A stretch of DNA of 46,503 nucleotides, taken from positions 1-46,503 of the IMG/VR virus record IMGVR_UViG_3300030376_000410; one strand, given 5' to 3'. The stretch comes from a virus. Lineage: Duplodnaviria; Caudoviricetes. The notes under the pieces were generated by a model. That model made no database searches, was not told the origin of the DNA, and was given only the letters and a program-made list of their open reading frames with translations. Position numbers and translations under genes: made by a program. This document shows positions 44,821 to 46,503 of this stretch, one piece after another (the first letter of the stretch is position 1; each line of letters opens with the position of its first letter).

Positions 44821-45106
44821 AACTATGAAGTTGATCCGTAAAAAAAGTCTAGATATTTTAGCTGATTGGATGCACACTTTAGTCCCCGAAGAAGACCAAA
44901 ATAAAATCACGCCTGCCAACGTAGAAGATTTCTTGTCTCAACAAGAGTATATCTACAACAATAAAACATTATATAAAAGTATATACACCCGATCTTGGGT
45001 TGTGTCCGTGCTTAAAAAAATGATAAAAGATGGGCACACTTTAAACAATATAGATTATACAATGTTTAATAACAGCTATAGGAAGTATATCTATGGCAAA
45101 AATTAA
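44810..45106 (+). CDS. Hypothetical protein
   Basis: 98 aa, AAGGA RBS, in operon. Confidence 0.65.
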   Translation: MNSKTMKLIRKKSLDILADWMHTLVPEEDQNKITPANVEDFLSQQEYIYNNKTLYKSIYTRSWVVSVLKKMIKDGHTLNNIDYTMFNNSYRKYIYGKN

Positions 45107-45605
45107 ATCAGGCGCTAGGAAAAGACGAGTGCCTCGCCCTAAAAAACTTATAAAGCCTGACGGTAATAAGTATGATTCTATATGGGAGGCGCTTCTTCAC
45201 GAATCAATCTTAAAAGATTGGAAGCACCATGTAGATAAAGTACCTTATGTAATTGAACACAAGTATGAGCCAGACTTTGTTCGCCATATCGGAGGTAAAA
45301 AAATCCTTTTAGAATCTAAGGGTAGGTTCTGGGACTTCCAAGAATATAATAAATATATTTGGGTAAGAAAAAAATTACCCAAAGATACTGAATTGGTATT
45401 CTTGTTTGCAAATCCCGATGCCCCTATGCCGGGAGCTAAGCGCCGTAAAGATGGCACTAAAAGATCTCATGGTGAGTGGGCGTGGGCTAATGACTTTAGG
45501 TGGTTTAGTGAAGACACAATCCCAGATAGTTGGATTGATGTCAAAGCTAAAGAGTCTGAAGAATTTAAAAAACGAAATGATAAACTAACTGTGGAGATGC
45601 AATGA
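45093..45605 (+). CDS. Endonuclease I / Holliday junction resolvase (T7 gp3-like)
   Basis: YDSIWE, KYEPDF, LESKGRF, LVFLF and GEWA motifs. Confidence 0.85.
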   Translation: MAKIKSGARKRRVPRPKKLIKPDGNKYDSIWEALLHESILKDWKHHVDKVPYVIEHKYEPDFVRHIGGKKILLESKGRFWDFQEYNKYIWVRKKLPKDTELVFLFANPDAPMPGAKRRKDGTKRSHGEWAWANDFRWFSEDTIPDSWIDVKAKESEEFKKRNDKLTVEMQ

Positions 45606-45976
45606 GCATTGATGACGCAACACCAGAAGAGTGGAATGCACTTAGGAAAAAACCTGCTACCCCTGTAGCTGACACATGGAATCATATTTATGATGATGAC
45701 AACGAACCTAATGATCATCCTTTATATGGAGATTATAAGTTTGATCCTGTACATAGGCCAGAGCATTACAACAACGGCGGTATGGAGTGCATTGATGCTA
45801 TCCAAGGTATGCTCACCCACGATGAGTACATTGGATACTTGCGCGGTAATGCACTAAAATATAACTGGCGTTGTCGTTACAAAGGTAAGCCTATAGAAGA
45901 CTTACGTAAGGCTCGTTGGTATGAAGAGCGTTTGATTCGTTACATGTTGGAGCATCCGGGTGACAAGTTGGGATAG
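45602..45976 (+). CDS. DUF3310 protein (T7 gp1.7-like, putative nucleotide kinase)
   Basis: V..PEHY..GG.ECIDAI...GNALKY.WR..YKG...EDLRKARWY. Confidence 0.85.
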   Translation: MSIDDATPEEWNALRKKPATPVADTWNHIYDDDNEPNDHPLYGDYKFDPVHRPEHYNNGGMECIDAIQGMLTHDEYIGYLRGNALKYNWRCRYKGKPIEDLRKARWYEERLIRYMLEHPGDKLG

Positions 45977-46127
45977 AAAAGCAGAAAGAGCTGAGAGATT
46001 TCAGAAGAAAAAGAAATCTAAAAGTAAAGCAAGAACTAAGGGCTACAGACAAGCCCAGTTAAAAGAGAAGGATGATTTGGATGACATCAAAGATTGGCAA
46101 GCAGAACTATCTGGGGATAGAAATTGA
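45960..46127 (+). CDS. Small basic hypothetical protein (not in ORF track)
   Basis: 55 aa MTSWDRKAERAERFQKKKKSK..., GTG start after GGAG; fills the gap before nrdA. Confidence 0.6.
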   Translation: MTSWDRKAERAERFQKKKKSKSKARTKGYRQAQLKEKDDLDDIKDWQAELSGDRN

Positions 46128-46503
46128 CTACGATAGAGAAAAAGATCTTAATGTGTTTTCTCTTGAAACACTGAAAGATCGCTACTTTTGGGAGGAAGAA
46201 ACACATGCACAAGAAGCCTTCGCCAGAGCGTCCGTCTATGGTGCAACGTATCAAGGACATACTGACTACAATCTTGCACAGCGGCTTTACGACTACGCAA
46301 GCAAGGGCTGGTTCGGTTTTAGCACTCCTATTCTTAGTAACGGGGGAACCACACGTGGCTTACCTATTAGCTGCTTTCTCAATTATGTTCCTGATTCAAG
46401 GCGTGGTTTATCTGATCACTATGATGAGAACATATGGTTGGCTAGTGGAGGTGGAGGCTTGGGTGGATATTGGGGTGCTGTTAGAAGTAATGGCGTTTCA
46501 ACT
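46081..46503 (+). CDS. nrdA: Ribonucleotide reductase class I alpha subunit, N-terminal part (3' truncated; no ATP cone)
   Basis: TLKDRY, QEAFARA, STPILSNGG..RGLPISCFL and GGGLG motifs. Confidence 0.92.
   Translation, partial: MTSKIGKQNYLGIEIDYDREKDLNVFSLETLKDRYFWEEETHAQEAFARASVYGATYQGHTDYNLAQRLYDYASKGWFGFSTPILSNGGTTRGLPISCFLNYVPDSRRGLSDHYDENIWLASGGGGLGGYWGAVRSNGVST

Noticed and set aside
695-45718. Many antisense or alternate-frame ORFs in the track (e.g. 1040-1327, 19551-19925, 20589-20987, 33871-34092, 39388-39870, 44581-44919)
   Set aside because: They shadow well-supported genes, lack RBSs and have no recognisable motifs.

Overview
The window is most of a lytic, podovirus-like dsDNA phage genome with Zobellviridae/SIO1-like architecture and no RNA polymerase or integrase gene. 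It is circularly permuted and broken inside the class I ribonucleotide reductase genes: the nrdB tail is at 1-149 and the nrdA head at 46081-end. A minus-strand arm (33155 down to ~516) encodes terminases, portal, scaffold, capsid, tail tube proteins, three tail fibres, large internal/ejection proteins and lysis genes. A plus-strand arm (33937 to the end, wrapping to 371) encodes early proteins and a T7-like replication module (SSB, primase-helicase, Tyr762 PolA, nucleases, RNR). The arms diverge at a ~780 bp non-coding region that probably holds the genome ends. Main unexplained signals: (1) an array of 10 different palindromes at 33441-33888; (2) three hairpins with unrelated long stems but an identical bulged ARG-ARG-TC-TTAC-GA-CYT apex, each upstream of an early gene; (3) an R-x-x-[FYK]-x-x-G-G peptide motif occurring 8 times in 5 structural-arm proteins and bracketing an ADP-ribosyltransferase-like domain in the giant virion protein; (4) back-to-back perfect sigma70 promoters, one giving a leaderless terS mRNA; (5) a DNA polymerase gene with no canonical start codon; (6) tandem structured RNA elements before the scaffold gene and an H-type pseudoknot. 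All family assignments come from recognising motifs by eye; no database searches were run.
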